Source: the human T2T-CHM13v2.0 reference genome, Homo sapiens
Reading direction: 5' to 3' (one strand)
NCBI RefSeq assembly: GCF_009914755.1
Contig: NC_060947.1
Length of the DNA: 64,000 bases
Part shown: piece by piece, positions 13,881 through 27,692 of the stretch
Layout of the letters: each line of letters begins with the position of its first letter
Position numbering within the stretch: the stretch's first letter is position 1
Program-made: the position numbers and the translations under genes
Notes under the pieces: model-generated
Database searches by the model: none
Seen by the model: only the letters and a program-made list of their open reading frames with translations
What the model was told of the DNA's origin: nothing

Positions 13881-16800
13881 TGGGGCAGGGCCAAGATGGC
13901 CAACTAGAAGCAGCAGAGATTGGAGGTTGCCATGGAAAAGAACCATAACAGCATGCAAATCCAGAACCTGCAAGTGAGGTATCCAGGTTCTGTCATCAGG
14001 ACTGACTCGGCAGCTGGCGTGGTCCATGGAGAGGAAGGAAGAACAGTGTGGTTTGACGGCCCACCCAAGAGCCACATGAGGCAGGGGAGCCCCCAATCCC
14101 AAGCCAAGGGAGGCAGTGAGTGAATGTGCTACCCAGCCTGGGAAACCGTGCTTTTCCACTGAACTGTGCAACCCATGAACCAGAAGATTCCACTCGTGAG
14201 CCCATGCCACCAGGGCCTAAGGCCCCAACCACGGAGCTGCATAGATTCTCAAAAGCCACTCAGCACAAAATGGCTTAAGCCTGCCAGTCTTCCCGTGGGA
14301 GCGCAGCCAGCATCACAGCTGCTGCTGTCTGCTGTCTAAGTCATTTGAGCTCCTTGTGGGAGGGGTGGCAGCCAGCATTGGGACTAATAGCTGCCTAACA
14401 CTAAGCTCCCAGGGCAAGGGAAGGACAGCAGCCATCTCTATAGCTCCAGGTCATGCTTTTTCCCTGCTGGAGCCAGGGAGGCTGGATGGCTTGGTCCCAA
14501 GAGGTATCCCCCACAGCCCAACACACCAGTTGTGGCAGACTGCGGCCAGAGCACCTCTTCAGACCTGACCCTGACCCATTCTTCCTCATTGGGCAGGGCC
14601 TCCCTGCAGGAACTCCAACTCTAGCCCCAGGAACTCAGGAACAGAAGTCTGATCTCTCTGGGCCTGAGTTCCTAGGGGGAGGGGTGGCCTCAGTCTCTGT
14701 GGACCAGCAGACATAGTCTTTCCTCCTGCTAGTTCTGAGAAATCTGGGCAGCCCAGATAGGTGGGATTCCCCCCAATAAAACACACTCCCTCCACCAAGA
14801 AACAGTCAAAGTGCTTTGTTAAACGGGTCCTGCTCCCCATGCCACCCAACTGGGTGAGACCCTCCAGAAGGGGTTGTCAGACACCGTATTCAGGAGGGTA
14901 CATACTGGCACCAGGTCAGTGCCCCTTAGGGTCAGAGATCCCAGAGGGAGGAGCATGCACCCATCTTTGCTGTTCTCCAGCCTCCTCGAGTGACATCTCC
15001 AGGCACAGGAGTGAACCAGATGAATAGGGCCTGAAGTGAACCCCCAGAAAACCCCAACTTCCCTACAGAAGAGGGACCTAACCATTGAAAGAAAAACAAA
15101 CAAACAGAAAGCAACAACAACAGCATCAACAAAACCCCATCCAAGGGTCAGCAGCCTCAAAGATCAAAACTGGACAAACTCATGAAGATGAGAAAGAATC
15201 AATGAAAAAATTCTGAAAACCCAAAAGGCCAGTGTACCTCTTCTCCAAATGATCCCAACGCCTTTCCAGCAAGGGCACAGAACTGATTGGAGGATGAGAT
15301 GGACAAACTGACAGAAGTATACTTCAGAAGGCACTGAGCTAAAGGAGCATTTTCTAACCCAGTGCAAAGAAGCTAAGAACCTTCATAAAAGGTTACAGGA
15401 GCTGCTAACTAGAATAACCAGTACAGAGAGAAACATAAATGACCTGATGGAGTTGAAAAACACAGCACAAGAACTTCGTGAAGCATACACAAGTATTGAT
15501 AGCTGAATCAATGAAGCAGAAGAAAGGATATCAGAGGTTGAAGATGATCTTGCTGATATAAGATATGCAGAGAAGATTAGAAAATAAATAAAGAAATGGA
15601 ACGAACAAAACCTCTGAGAAATACGGGGCAATGTAAAAACACCAAACCTACGATTGATTGGAGTACCTGAAAGAGACGGGGAGAATGAAACCAAGTTAGA
15701 AAACACACTTCGGGTTATTATCCAGGAGAACTTCCCCAACCTAGAAAGGCAGGGCAGCATTCAAATTCAGGAAATACAGAGAACACCACTAAGATACTCC
15801 ATGAGAAGATCAACCCCAGAACACATAATCATTAGATTCTCCAAGGTAGAAATGAAGGAAAAAATGTTAAGGGCAGCCAGAGAGAAAGGCCAAGTCACCT
15901 ACAAAGGGAAGCCCATCATACTAACAGCAGACTCTCAGCAGAAACCCTACAGGCCAGAAGAGAGTGGGGGCCAATATTCAACATTCTTAAAAAAAAGCAT
16001 TTTCAACCCAGAATTTCATATCCAGCCAAACTAAGCTTCATAGGCAAAGGAGAAATAAAATCTGTTCCAGACAAGCAAATACTGAAGGATTTCATCATCA
16101 CTAGGCCTACCTTGCAAGAGCTCCTGTAGGAAGCACTAAATATGGAAAGGAAAAATCAGTACCAGCCACTGAAAAAACAAACCAAAATATAAAGACCAAT
16201 GACACTATGAAGAAACCGCATCAATTAGTGTGCAAAATAACGAGCTAGCATCATGCTGACAATATCAAATTCACCCATAACAATATTAACCTTAAAGGTA
16301 AATGGGCTAAATGCCCCAATTAAAAGACACAGACTGGCAAATTGGATAAAGAGTCAAGACCCATCAGTGTGCTGTATTCAGGAGACCCATCCCACATGCA
16401 AAGACACACATAGGCTCAAAATAAAGGGAGGGAGGAAAATTTACCAAGCAAATGGAAAGCAACAACAACAACAAAAAGCAGGGGTTGCCATCCTAGTCTC
16501 TAACAAAACAGACTTTAAACCACAAAAGATCAAGAAAGACAAAGAAGGGCATTACATAATAGTAAAGGATGCAATGCAACAAGAAGAGCTAACTATCCTA
16601 AATATATATGCACCCAATACAGGAGCACCCAGATTCATAAAGCAAGTACTTAGAGAACTACAAAGAGACTTGGACTGACACACAATAATAGTGGAAGACC
16701 TTAACACCCCACTGTCAATATTAGACAGATCAATGAGACAGAAAATTAACAAGGATATTCAGGACTTGAACTCAGCCCTGGATTGAGTGGACATCTACAG

Positions 16801-19800
16801 AACTCTCCACCAAAAATCAACAGAGTATACATTCTTCTCAGTGCCACATGGCACTTATTCTAAAATCAACCACATGATTCGAAGTAAAACACTCCTCAGC
16901 AAATGCAAAAGAACTGAAATCATAACAGTCTCTCAGACCACCGTGCAATCAAATTAAAACTCAGGATTAAGAAACTCACTCAAAACTGCACAACTACATG
17001 AAAACTGAACAAACTGCTCCTGAATGACTCCTGGGAAAATAATGAAATCAAGGCAGCAATCAAGAAGTTCTTTGAAACCAGTGAGAACAAAGAGACAACA
17101 TACCAGAATCTCTTGGACACAGCTAAAGCAGTGTTAAGAGGGTAATTTATAGCACTAAATGCCCACATCAGAAAGTTAGAAAGATCTCAAATCAACACCC
17201 TAACATTGCAATAAAAAGAGGCACAGAAGCAAGAGTAAACAAATCCAAAAGCTAGCAGAAGACAAGAAATAATTAAGATCAGAGCAGAACTGAAGGAGAT
17301 AGAGACACAACAATCCCTCCAAAACATCAATGAATCCAGGAGCTAGTTTTTCAAAAAAAAAAATTAACAAAATAGACAGACCACTAGCTAGACTAATAAA
17401 GAAGAAAAGTATCAAATAGACACAATAAAAAATGATAAAGAGGATATCACCCCGACCACAAAGCAATACAAACTACCATCAGAGAATACTATAAATACTT
17501 CTATGCAAATAAACTAGCAAACCGAGAAGAAATGGATAAATTCCTGGACACATACACCCTCCCAAGACTAAACCAGGAAGAAGTAGAATCCCTGAATAAA
17601 CCAATAACAAGTTCTGAAATTGAGGCAGTAATTAATAGCCTACCAACCAAAAAAAAGCCCAGGACCAGATAAATTCAAAACTGAATTCTACCAGAGTTAC
17701 AAAGAGGAGCTGGTACCATTCCTTCTGAAACCATTCCAAACAATTGTAAAGGAGGGACTCCTCCCTAACTCATTTTATGAGGCCAACATCATCCTGATAC
17801 CAAAGCCTGGCAGAGGCACAACAAAAAAAGAAAACTTCAGGCCACTATCTCTGATGAACATCAATGCAAAGATCCTCAAAAAAATACTGGCAAACCAAAC
17901 CTAGCAGGACATCAAAAAGTCTATCCACCACAATCAAGTCGGCTTCATCCCTGGGATGCAAGGCTGGTTCAACATACACAAATCAACAAACATAATCCAT
18001 CAAATAAATGAACCAATGACTAAAACCACATGATTATTTCAACAGATGCAGAAAAGGCCTTTGATAAAATTCAACATTCCTTCATGATAAAAACTCTCAA
18101 TAAACTAGGTATTAATAGAACATATTTCAAAATAATAAGAGCTATTTATGACAAATACACAGCCAATATCATACTCAATGGGCAAAAGCTGGAAGCATTC
18201 CCTTTGAAAACCAGCATAAGACAAGGATGCCCTCTCTCACCACTCCTATTCAACATGGTGTTGGAAGTTCCAGCTGGGGAAATCAGGCAAGATAAATAAA
18301 TAACGGTATTCAAATAGGAAGAGAGAAAGTCAACTTGTCTCTGTTTGCAGACAACATGATTCTATATTTAGAAAACACCATCATCTCAGCCCAAAAACTA
18401 CTTAAGCTGGTAAGCAATTTCAGCAAAGTCTCAGGATACAAAATCAATGTGCAAAAATCACAAGCATTCCTATACAACGACAACAGACAAGCAGAGAGCC
18501 AAATCATGAATGAACTCCCATTCACAATTGCTATGAAGAGAATAAAACACCTAGGAATACAGCTAACAAGGGATATGAAGGATCTCTTCAAGGAGAACTG
18601 CAAACCACTGCTCAAGAAATAACAGAGGACACAAACAAAAGGAAAAACATTCCAGACTCATAGATAGGAAGAATCAATATCGTGAAAACGGCCATACTGC
18701 CCAAAGTAATCTATAGATTCAATTCTGTTCCCATTAAACTACCATTGACATTCTTTACAAAATTAGCAAAAACTACTTTAAATTTCATATGGAACCAAAA
18801 AAGAGCCCTTATAGCCAAGACAATCCTAAGCAAAAAAAAAAAAAAAAAAAACAAAACAAAAACAAAGCTGGAGGCATCATGCTACCTGACTTCAAACTAT
18901 ACTACAAGGCTACAATAAGCAAAACTTCGTGGTACTGACATACAATGGAATAGAATAGAGACCTCAGAAATACCACCACACATCTACAACCATCTGATCT
19001 TTGATGAACCTGACAAAAATAGGAATTGGGAAAAGGATTCCCTATTTAATAAATGGTGCTGGGAAAACTGGCTAGCCATATGCAGAAAAGTCTTGATTAA
19101 AGACTTAAATATAAAACTCAAAATCATAAAAAACCCAAAAAGAAATCTTAGGCAATACCATTCAGGCCATAGGCATGGGCAAGGACTTCATGATGAAAAC
19201 ACCAAAAGCAATTGCAACAAAAGCCAAAATTGACAAATGGGATCTAATTAAGCTAAAGAGCTTCTGCACAGCAAAAAAAAACTATCATCAGAGTGAACAG
19301 GCAACCCATTGAATGGGAGAAAATTTCTGCAATCTACCCATCTGACAAAGGTCTAATATCCAGAATCTGCAAGGGACTCACACAAATTTACAAGAAAAAA
19401 AAAACCAAACAACCCCATCAAAAAGTGGACAAAGGATATTAATCTGCAAGGAACTCACACATATTTACAAGAAAAAAAAACAAACAACCCCATCAAAAAG
19501 TGGACAAAAGATATGAACAGACACTTCTCAAAAGAAGACATTTATGCAGCCAACAACCTTATGAAAAAAAGATCAACATTGCTGATTGTTAGAGAAATAC
19601 AAATCAAAACCACAATGAAATACCATCTCACACCAGTCAGAATGGCGATTATTAAACAGTCAACAAACAATAGATGCTGGAGGCTGTGGAGAAATAGGAA
19701 TGCTTTGACACTGTTGGTGGGAATGTAAATTAGTTCAACCATTGTGTAAGACAGTGTGGCGATTCTTCAAGGATCTAGATCTAGAAATACCATTTGATCC

Positions 19801-20317
19801 AGCAATCCCAATACTGGGTATATACCCAAAGGAATATAAATCATTCTACTATAAAGACACAAGCACACATATGTTTATTGCAGCACTGTTTACAATAGCA
19901 AAGACATGGAACCAACCCAAATGCCCATTGATGATAGACTGGATAAAGAAAATGTGGTACATATACACCATGGAATGCTATGCAACCATAAAAAAGAAGG
20001 AGCTCATGCAGGAATATAGATGAAGCTGGGGGCCATTACTTTAGCAAACTAATACAGGAACAGCAAACCAAATATCGCGTGTTCTCACCTGTAAGTGAGA
20101 GCTAAACAAGGAGAACTTCTGGACACATAGAGGGGAACAAGAGACACTGGGGCCTACTGGAGGGTGGAGGGTGGGAGGAGGGAGAGGATCAGCAAAAATA
20201 ACTAATAGGTACTAAGCATAATTCCCGGGTGATAAAATAATCTGTACAACAAACACCCATGACACAAGTTTACCTATATAACAAACCTCCACATGTACCT
20301 CTGAACTTAAAAGTTAA
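13881..20317 (+). mobile_element. Full-length decayed L1PA (L1PA8A-11-like 5'UTR, ORF1, ORF2; L1PA13-like 3'UTR)
   Basis: 5' start ggggcagggccaagatggcc; ORF1 remnant (IGVPERDGEN..IIQENFPNL, 15654-16034); ORF2 EN (ITILTLKVNGLNAPIKRHRLANWI, 16253), RT (LFADN, 18335) and C-terminal remnants; many stops and frameshifts; ends gaacttaaaagttaagaaaaaa. Confidence 0.93.
19364..19514 (+). repeat. Tandem duplication, two ~75-bp copies, within L1 ORF2
   Basis: aatctgcaagg..ctcacaca.atttacaagaaaa..caaacaaccccatcaaaaagtggacaaa.gatat at 19364 and 19441. Confidence 0.95.
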
Positions 20318-20550
20318 GAAAAAATCAAAAGAAGGACAATGTTTTGTGATATGTGAAAATTATGTGAAATTTCAGTGTCCATAAATGAAGTTTTATTAGA
20401 ACAAAGCCACAGCCATTCATTTATGTAATGCCTATTGCTGCTTTCACACTACAGTGGCAGGATGACTACTTGCAATAGAAACCATATGGTTCAACAATCA
20501 TAAATTATTTACTATCTGCCTTTTTACAGAAAAAAAAAAGCCAACTCCTG
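20318..20550 (+). mobile_element. MER58B, 3' part
   Basis: aaaatcaaaagaagg..tttcagtgtccataaatgaagttttatt..tttacagaaaaa..gccaactcctg (TIR). Degenerate 8-bp TSD ctataaat / ctgtaggt. Confidence 0.85.
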
Positions 20551-21218
20551 CTGTAGGTCACTCACACTGGAGGAATGTGTGGCTAAAAGAGGAGATACAT
20601 TTCCCATAAGACTCAAGGAACATTCATTATCCATTCTTAAGAGAAAATGATAGGGGTTTCACAAGTGATGTGAATGAAACAAAATAGTATCTATGGATTT
20701 CCTTTTGGAATTTGGAGGAAGAATAATTTTCCAATTTTAGGCATTAAATCCCTGTGAGCATGTGTTTCTGAGTACTATGGTTCTTATGTCAAACATTGCA
20801 TAAGGGTAGGGCACAGGTAGAAAGGAGAAAAGAAAACTTTTACTCTATTACCTGTTTTCTTCTCCATGTGTCATGTGAGAATAGAAGCTATATCTCCTTC
20901 AAGATGAACATAGTTATTACCTGGGGGTTCTATTCCCTGTTCCCTGATTAGAAGGTAAATGCTGGGAGGAAAATTGCTACTCTGATGCCATAAAGGGACG
21001 CTTCTAGACTAAAAGGAAAGAATTGTATCCACTTGCAATTTAGCCTATCTTTCTTCATCTTTTGCCCTGTCTTCTTTGGGAATGTGAATGTGATGACTGT
21101 TTATTCTACACAATCATAAGGGATACATATTGCCATTTTAGTGGCTATGTTTTGCATTTTGTTAAGGTACACGTTTTAAATTTCTTCCTTGTGTTAAAAT
21201 ATCCAGTATTTGTGCATA

Positions 21219-21254
21219 TGTGTATATATACACACACACAGCACCCACACACAT
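21219..21254. repeat. (TG)(TA)(CA) compound microsatellite
   Basis: tgtgtatatatacacacacacagcacccacacacat. Confidence 0.7.
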
Positions 21255-22499
21255 AGTGTATGACACATATAATGTGCCTTATTTGCATATTATATTTATG
21301 TATGAATGTGTCTCAATGATAGTGTCATTTTTATAATAATATGATAATATATTGGTATGATCTAATAATTTAGCTTCCTTATCTCATTGGAATACAATTA
21401 CCAAGGGGCTTATTGGCCTGTAAAAGAAAACTCCTAGTTGGGATCTAAATGCGTTTACAGTAGCCAAATTTACATCTACCAGCTATCTAGACGTCAAATA
21501 ATATAGAACATAGGGAGCCGAAGCAATTTTTACTAATTGTTTCTTAACTGAAGGATAGGAGATATGCAGAACAGTTAAATAGCCCTAGGGTCCATGTTTA
21601 TTATGGCCAAGAAAGAGAAACGGTAGTCATAAATTAAGTTTATTACATCTTATATATAGCGTAGCAAGAGAAGCATGAAAGTAATACCGTATCACTCTCC
21701 TTTTCACCAATGCATGAATATTAGATTTATGAATTATGCTTAGTAGTTAGTCCATGCATAAAAAAGCATTATAAAATACATATAATATTGCAATATAGCT
21801 GCAAAAATATAGTTAAGTATCTGAAATTCACTTATATAAACAAAACTATAATAATCCAGTGGGAACTGACTTAATATTCAATGTTTCAGCCAGGACACGA
21901 GATCTAAGTTATTGTTACAAATGTGTACATGACCATTGTCATGTCATTGAATTGCAAGAAAATTCAATTTATTATGTCATTTTCTTTCCATCTGAATTAG
22001 GCATATTTTATATTTGATGTTTTCTTGCTAAAAAGCATTTATAGGCTTTCTCCATTTGACTTTATTTTCTTTCTTTCAATTTGTCATAGATGAGTCCATA
22101 CTGTGAACTTTTTAATTAAATTTTTTAATGATGCTTGTCCCAGCTTTCTAAACATCTAATCTTACCCTTAAGAGTTTAACTTACCATTTAAGTTTAGAGT
22201 TTTCTAAATATTATTATTTAATTGTCTTATAGTGGCAAGTGTAATGCTCCCTGCATAGTCAGTGTCATCAAAAGCTTATTAACTAAGAGAAACAAAGGTA
22301 AGTGTTAAAATTTAAAGATCACACAGTGAGGGAAGTCTTGGAAAATTGGCAGAAACCTCTCCAAAGTATATCTGTGGGTAATATTATATACTTCATATTC
22401 TGTAAGATGGTGACAGTAAGGATTAGGACAGATTTGAAGGTTTGATCCTTATTTATAAGCTTCTTGCTTGTGAATAGAAGTCAGACCTACAATTTATTA

Positions 22500-22925
22500 A
22501 CTTACCTTCTTCACTATTTCTACACTGGTCCAAGTCACCATTATCTTTCACCTGAATTATTCCAATAGTCTCTATAATTGTCTCCTGTTTTCACATCTTC
22601 TTTATCACACTGTCTTCTCAATATAGCTGGGAGAGGTTCTATTAAAGGAAGTCAGCTAATTCCTCTTTTCAAATCTCCAAAGTCTGCTTCTCATTTAGAG
22701 TAAAACCCAAGGTCCTTACAGTGGTCTACAAGGCCCTACGAGATCTTCCTTCAGGTCTACCATTTCTTTTCCTACTACTTTCTCCCTCACTCAAACTAGC
22801 TTCTTTGCTCTTCTCTATGAATTGCCATTTATAAGTGATTATCACATTTCATTTTTAAAATACCATGAAGCCCAGATACTCATGAATTACTCTCTACTTG
22901 TTTGCCCTCTGAATACTTTCTCTAG
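22500..22925 (+). mobile_element. L2 LINE relic
   Basis: L2-like motifs cacctgaattattccaatagtctc and catttagagtaaaacccaaggtccttacagtggtctacaaggccctac. Boundaries approximate. Confidence 0.65.
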
Positions 22926-24056
22926 GACTCACCAGGTATAAACATTGGTACAAAGGAGGCCAAAAACACAGCAATAACAGAAACAGCAAAGACAAGCTAT
23001 CTTTGTTCTCCTTCTGAGATTTTTTGCTAAAACTGCAAATTGTGCCAGGTTGGAAGGAAGAATCAATGACCCATCATGAGCAATGTACACACACTCTTGG
23101 TTTTGCCATTTTCTTGTCTTTTTGTTGGGCCAGAAGGATACCATTGAAAATTACTGCTTCAGTGCTTTAAAGAGTTAATGTAGCTTCCAGAAAGGCTTAT
23201 TACACTCCCCGGGAGTAGCTTATGCATTATGAGAATGTGGCTCAGTTTGTTGGCAAAATGCACATCTGCTACAGGATAGGGACAACTGCTGATTAAAGGA
23301 GACTTCAGTGGCCCTAGTCTTTAGGAGCAAGTTGACTGATGGCAAAGTTTTCGAAGATTATATCTAAAGTCCAGTGTCCCTTTTATCACCACCTCCCGTG
23401 GGTAATGATTGAACATAATTAGCATTATTTTATATGCTCGAATCCTTCTCCCATTACTGTTAACTGTCTTTCTATCGCAGTTTATTGGATTGCCACTGAT
23501 CTCAATTTCACCTTGGGCATTCAAGTGAGGCTGAAATTTCTCCCTCTTTCTAGTTAAAACTTAAAATATGTGACATCATCAGAAGTTGGAGGAAATCAGG
23601 CATTTATAATGAATATGAGATTGTAGAGCTCCCAATGTAATTAAGATTCTTTTGTCAAAATTTATCTAAATTCACCATATATGAAAGACTACCACACACA
23701 CTTCCTTTAGTTTACCAATATAATCCTAGTACAGGTGAGTTGTTGTTTAGGCTTATAGTAGCATATGCTGTTTTAGGAAACTTTTTGCAGAGAAATGGGG
23801 GAGAGGGAGTACATTTCAAAATTGTTTTGAACATTAGGTAGTATAAAATATTTCTAAAAATAAAGAGAAGCTTTTTGGATTTTAGAAATGTTGCTTAATG
23901 AACATTGCATTTGAACATAATTTTTCATAATTTAAAACCTTATTATATCACCTATTACATAAAGAGAAATATTAATTGATTTGTCCATTTCAGATGGGGG
24001 TGTTGATTGATATTAGAAATTCAGGCCAATAAGACGCAAAGAGAAACAATAAGTAG

Positions 24057-24374
<318 letters not shown>

Positions 24375-26965
24375 AAGCTATATTTCTAAATAGTAACTGA
24401 GTGGTTTTACAATATTATAATATTTTCTGGTTGGGCAAAGATTTTTTATTTTAGTTTTTTTTTAATTTTTAATTTTTGTGGGTATATAGTAGGTATATAT
24501 ATTTATGAGGTAGATGAGATACTTTGATACAGGTGTGCAATGCATAATAATTACATCAAAATAGGGCATCTATCCCCTCAAGCACTTATGCTTTGTGTTA
24601 CAAACAATCCAGTTTCACTTTACGTTATTTTAAAATGTACTATTTAATTATTATTGACTATAGTCACCCTGCTGTGCTAGAAAATACTAGGTCTTATTCA
24701 TTCTTTCTATTTTATTTTTTACCCATTAACCATCCCCATCTCCCCCAACCCTCGAACTACTCTCCCCAGCCTCTGGTAACCATCTGTCTACTCTCAATGT
24801 CCATGAGTTCAATTGTTTTCATTTATAGATCCCACAAAGAAGTGAAAACATGAAAAGTTTGTCTTTCTGTGCCTGGCTTATTTCACTTAACCCAATGATC
24901 TTCAATTCCATCCATGCTGTTGCAAATGACAGGATCTCAGCCTTTCTATGATTGAAAATCATTGTGTATATGTATGACTTTCTTTTATCCATTCGTCTGT
25001 TGATGGACACTTAGATTGCTTTCAAGTCTTGGCTATGGTGAACAGTGCTGCAACAAACATGGGGGTGCAGATATCACTTCATTATACTGGTTTCCTTTCT
25101 TTGGGGTATATATGCAGCAGTGGGATGGCGGGATTGTATGGTAGCTTTATTTCTAGTTTTTTGAGGAACCTCCAAACTTTTCTCCATAGTGGTTGTACTA
25201 ATTTACATTCCCACTAACAGGGTACAAGAGTTCCCTATACTCCACATCCTAACCAACATTTGTTATTGCCTGACTTTAGATATTTCCTTTTAATTGGGGT
25301 GACATTATATCTCATTGTAGTTTTGATTTACATTTGTCTAACAATCAACGTTGAGCAACTTTTCATATACCTGTTTGCTATTTATATTTCTGGTTTTTAG
25401 AAATATCTATTGAAATCTTTTGCCCATTTTTAATCGGATTATTAGATTTTTTTTCCTACAGAGTTGTTTAACCTCCTCATATGTTCTGGTTATTAATCCT
25501 TTATCAGATGTGTAGCTTTTAAATATTTTCTCCCATTCTGTGTGATGTCTCTTCACTTGGCAAAATGTTTTCTTTGCTGCATAGAAGCTTTTTAACTTGA
25601 TATGATGCCATTTGTCCATTTTTGCTTTGGTTGCCTTGGCTTGTAGGGTATGACTCAAGAAATTTTTGCCCAGACCAATGTCCTGGAGCATATCTCCAAT
25701 GTTTTCTTGTGTTCATTTCATAATTTCATGTCTTAGATTTAAGTCTAATTCATTGTGATTTGACTTTTTTGTATATGGTGAGAGACAGGGATCTAGTTTC
25801 ATTCTTCTGCACATGGATATCCAGTTTTCCCAACATCAGTTACTGAAGCGACTGTCTTTGCCCCAGAGTATGTTCTTGGCACCTTTGTTGAAAAGGAGTT
25901 CACTGTAGGTGTATGGATTTATCTCTGGGTTCTCTATTCTGTTCCACTGATCTATGTGTCTGTTTTTAATGTCAGTGCATGCCATTTTTGTTACTATAGC
26001 TCTGTAGTAAAATTTAAAGTCATGTAATGTTATTCCTCCGGTTTTATTCTTTTTTCTCAAGATAGCTTTGTTTACTCTGGGTGTTTGGTGTTCGCATATA
26101 AATTTTAGGATTTTTAAAAATTATTTCTGTGAAGAATGTTATTGGTATTCTTTTAGGGATTGCGTTGAATCTGGAGATTGCATTGAGTAGTGTGGCCATT
26201 TTAACAATATTCATTCTTCCAATTCATTAACATGGAATGTCTTTCCATTTTTTTTGTCCTCTACAGTTTTTTCCAGCACTGTTTTATAATGTTCATTGTC
26301 TTGATTTTTCAGTTCTTCGGTTAGGTTAATTCCTCGGTATTCATTTTTATTTGTGGCTATTGTAAATGGGCTTACTTTTTTTTCCTTTTTACATTGGTCA
26401 CTGCTAGCATATAGAAATGCTACTGATTTTTCCATGTTTATTTTCTATCCTGCAATTTTACTAAATTTGTTTACCAGTTGTAAGAGTGTTCTTGTGGGGT
26501 CCTTAGGTTTTTCCAAGTATAAGATCATATCATCAGCAAACCAAGATAATTTTACTTCTTCCTTTCCAATTTGGATGCCCTTTATTTCTTTCTCTTGTTT
26601 AATTGCCCTAGCTAGGACTTTCAGTGCTATGTTGAATAACAATGGTTAAAGTGGGTATCCTTGTCGTGTTCCAGATGTTGGAGGAAAGGCTTTCAGTTTT
26701 TTTCCCATTCAGTATGATACTCAATGTGGGCCTGTTGTATATGGCTTTTATTATATTGAGGTATGTTTCTTCTATCCCTAGTCTTTTAAGGGTTTTTATC
26801 ATGAAGGGATGTTGAATTTTATCAAATACTTTTCTGGGATCAGTTGAAATGATCATGTAGTTTTGTCCTTCATTCTGTTGCTATGATGTACCACATCAAT
26901 TGATTTGCATATGTTGAATAATTCTTGAATCCCTATGATAAATCCCACTTGACCATGATAAATGA

Positions 26966-27219
26966 TTTTTTTTTTTTTTTGAGGCTAATGCAATGACGGC
27001 TCACTGCTGTCTCAACTTCCTGGGCTCATGTGATTCTCCCATCTCAGCCTCCCAAAGAACTGGGACTACAGGTGTTCGCCACCATGCCTGGCTACATTTT
27101 TGTAGCTATAGGGTTTCTCCATGTTGCCCAGGCTGGTCTTGAACTCCTGGGCTCAAGCGATCTGCTCACCTCAGCCTCCCAAAGTACTGGGATTTTAGGC
27201 ATAAGTCACTGGGCCCAGC
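26966..27219 (-). mobile_element. AluJ-like SINE with internal deletions
   Basis: Poly-T then Alu antisense with gaactcctgggctcaagcgatc; TSD aaatgat. Confidence 0.9.
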
Positions 27220-27654
27220 AAATGATCAGTTTAAATGTATTGTTGGATTAAGTTTGCTAGTATTTTGTTGAGGATTTTTGCATCAATATTCATCAGAGGT
27301 ATTGGCTTGTAGTTTTCTTTCTTGACATGTCTTTGCTTTTGGTATGAGAGTAATACTGGCCTCATAGAATGAATTTGGAAGTATTCCCTTCTGCTTTATT
27401 CTTTGGAGTAGTTTGAGTAGGATTGGCATTAGTTCTTCTATAAATGTTTGGTAGAATTCAACAGTGAAGCCATTGGGTCCCAGGCCTTTTTTTTTTTTTT
27501 CTAGAAACTTCATATTATTGTTTAGTTCTTATTACTTGTTAGTGGTCTTTTCAGGTTTTGGATTTCTGCATGGTTCAATATTTGTAGGTTGTATGTGTCT
27601 ATGAATTAATTTGTTTCTTCTAGGTTTTCCAATTTATAGACACAGAGTGGCTCA

Positions 27655-27692
27655 TAATCCTTTAAATTAGTCCTTTAAATAATCCTTTAAAT
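27655..27692. repeat. Three copies of a 12-13-bp tandem unit inside L1
   Basis: taatcctttaaat tagtcctttaaa taatcctttaaat. Confidence 0.8.

Noticed and set aside
22925-23144. Minus-strand exon ending at a TG|GTGAGT donor (~22932), and other isolated splice-like motifs (3347, 41190-41225, 47282)
   Set aside because: No coherent coding frame or recognisable protein; single splice motifs are common by chance and need transcript evidence.
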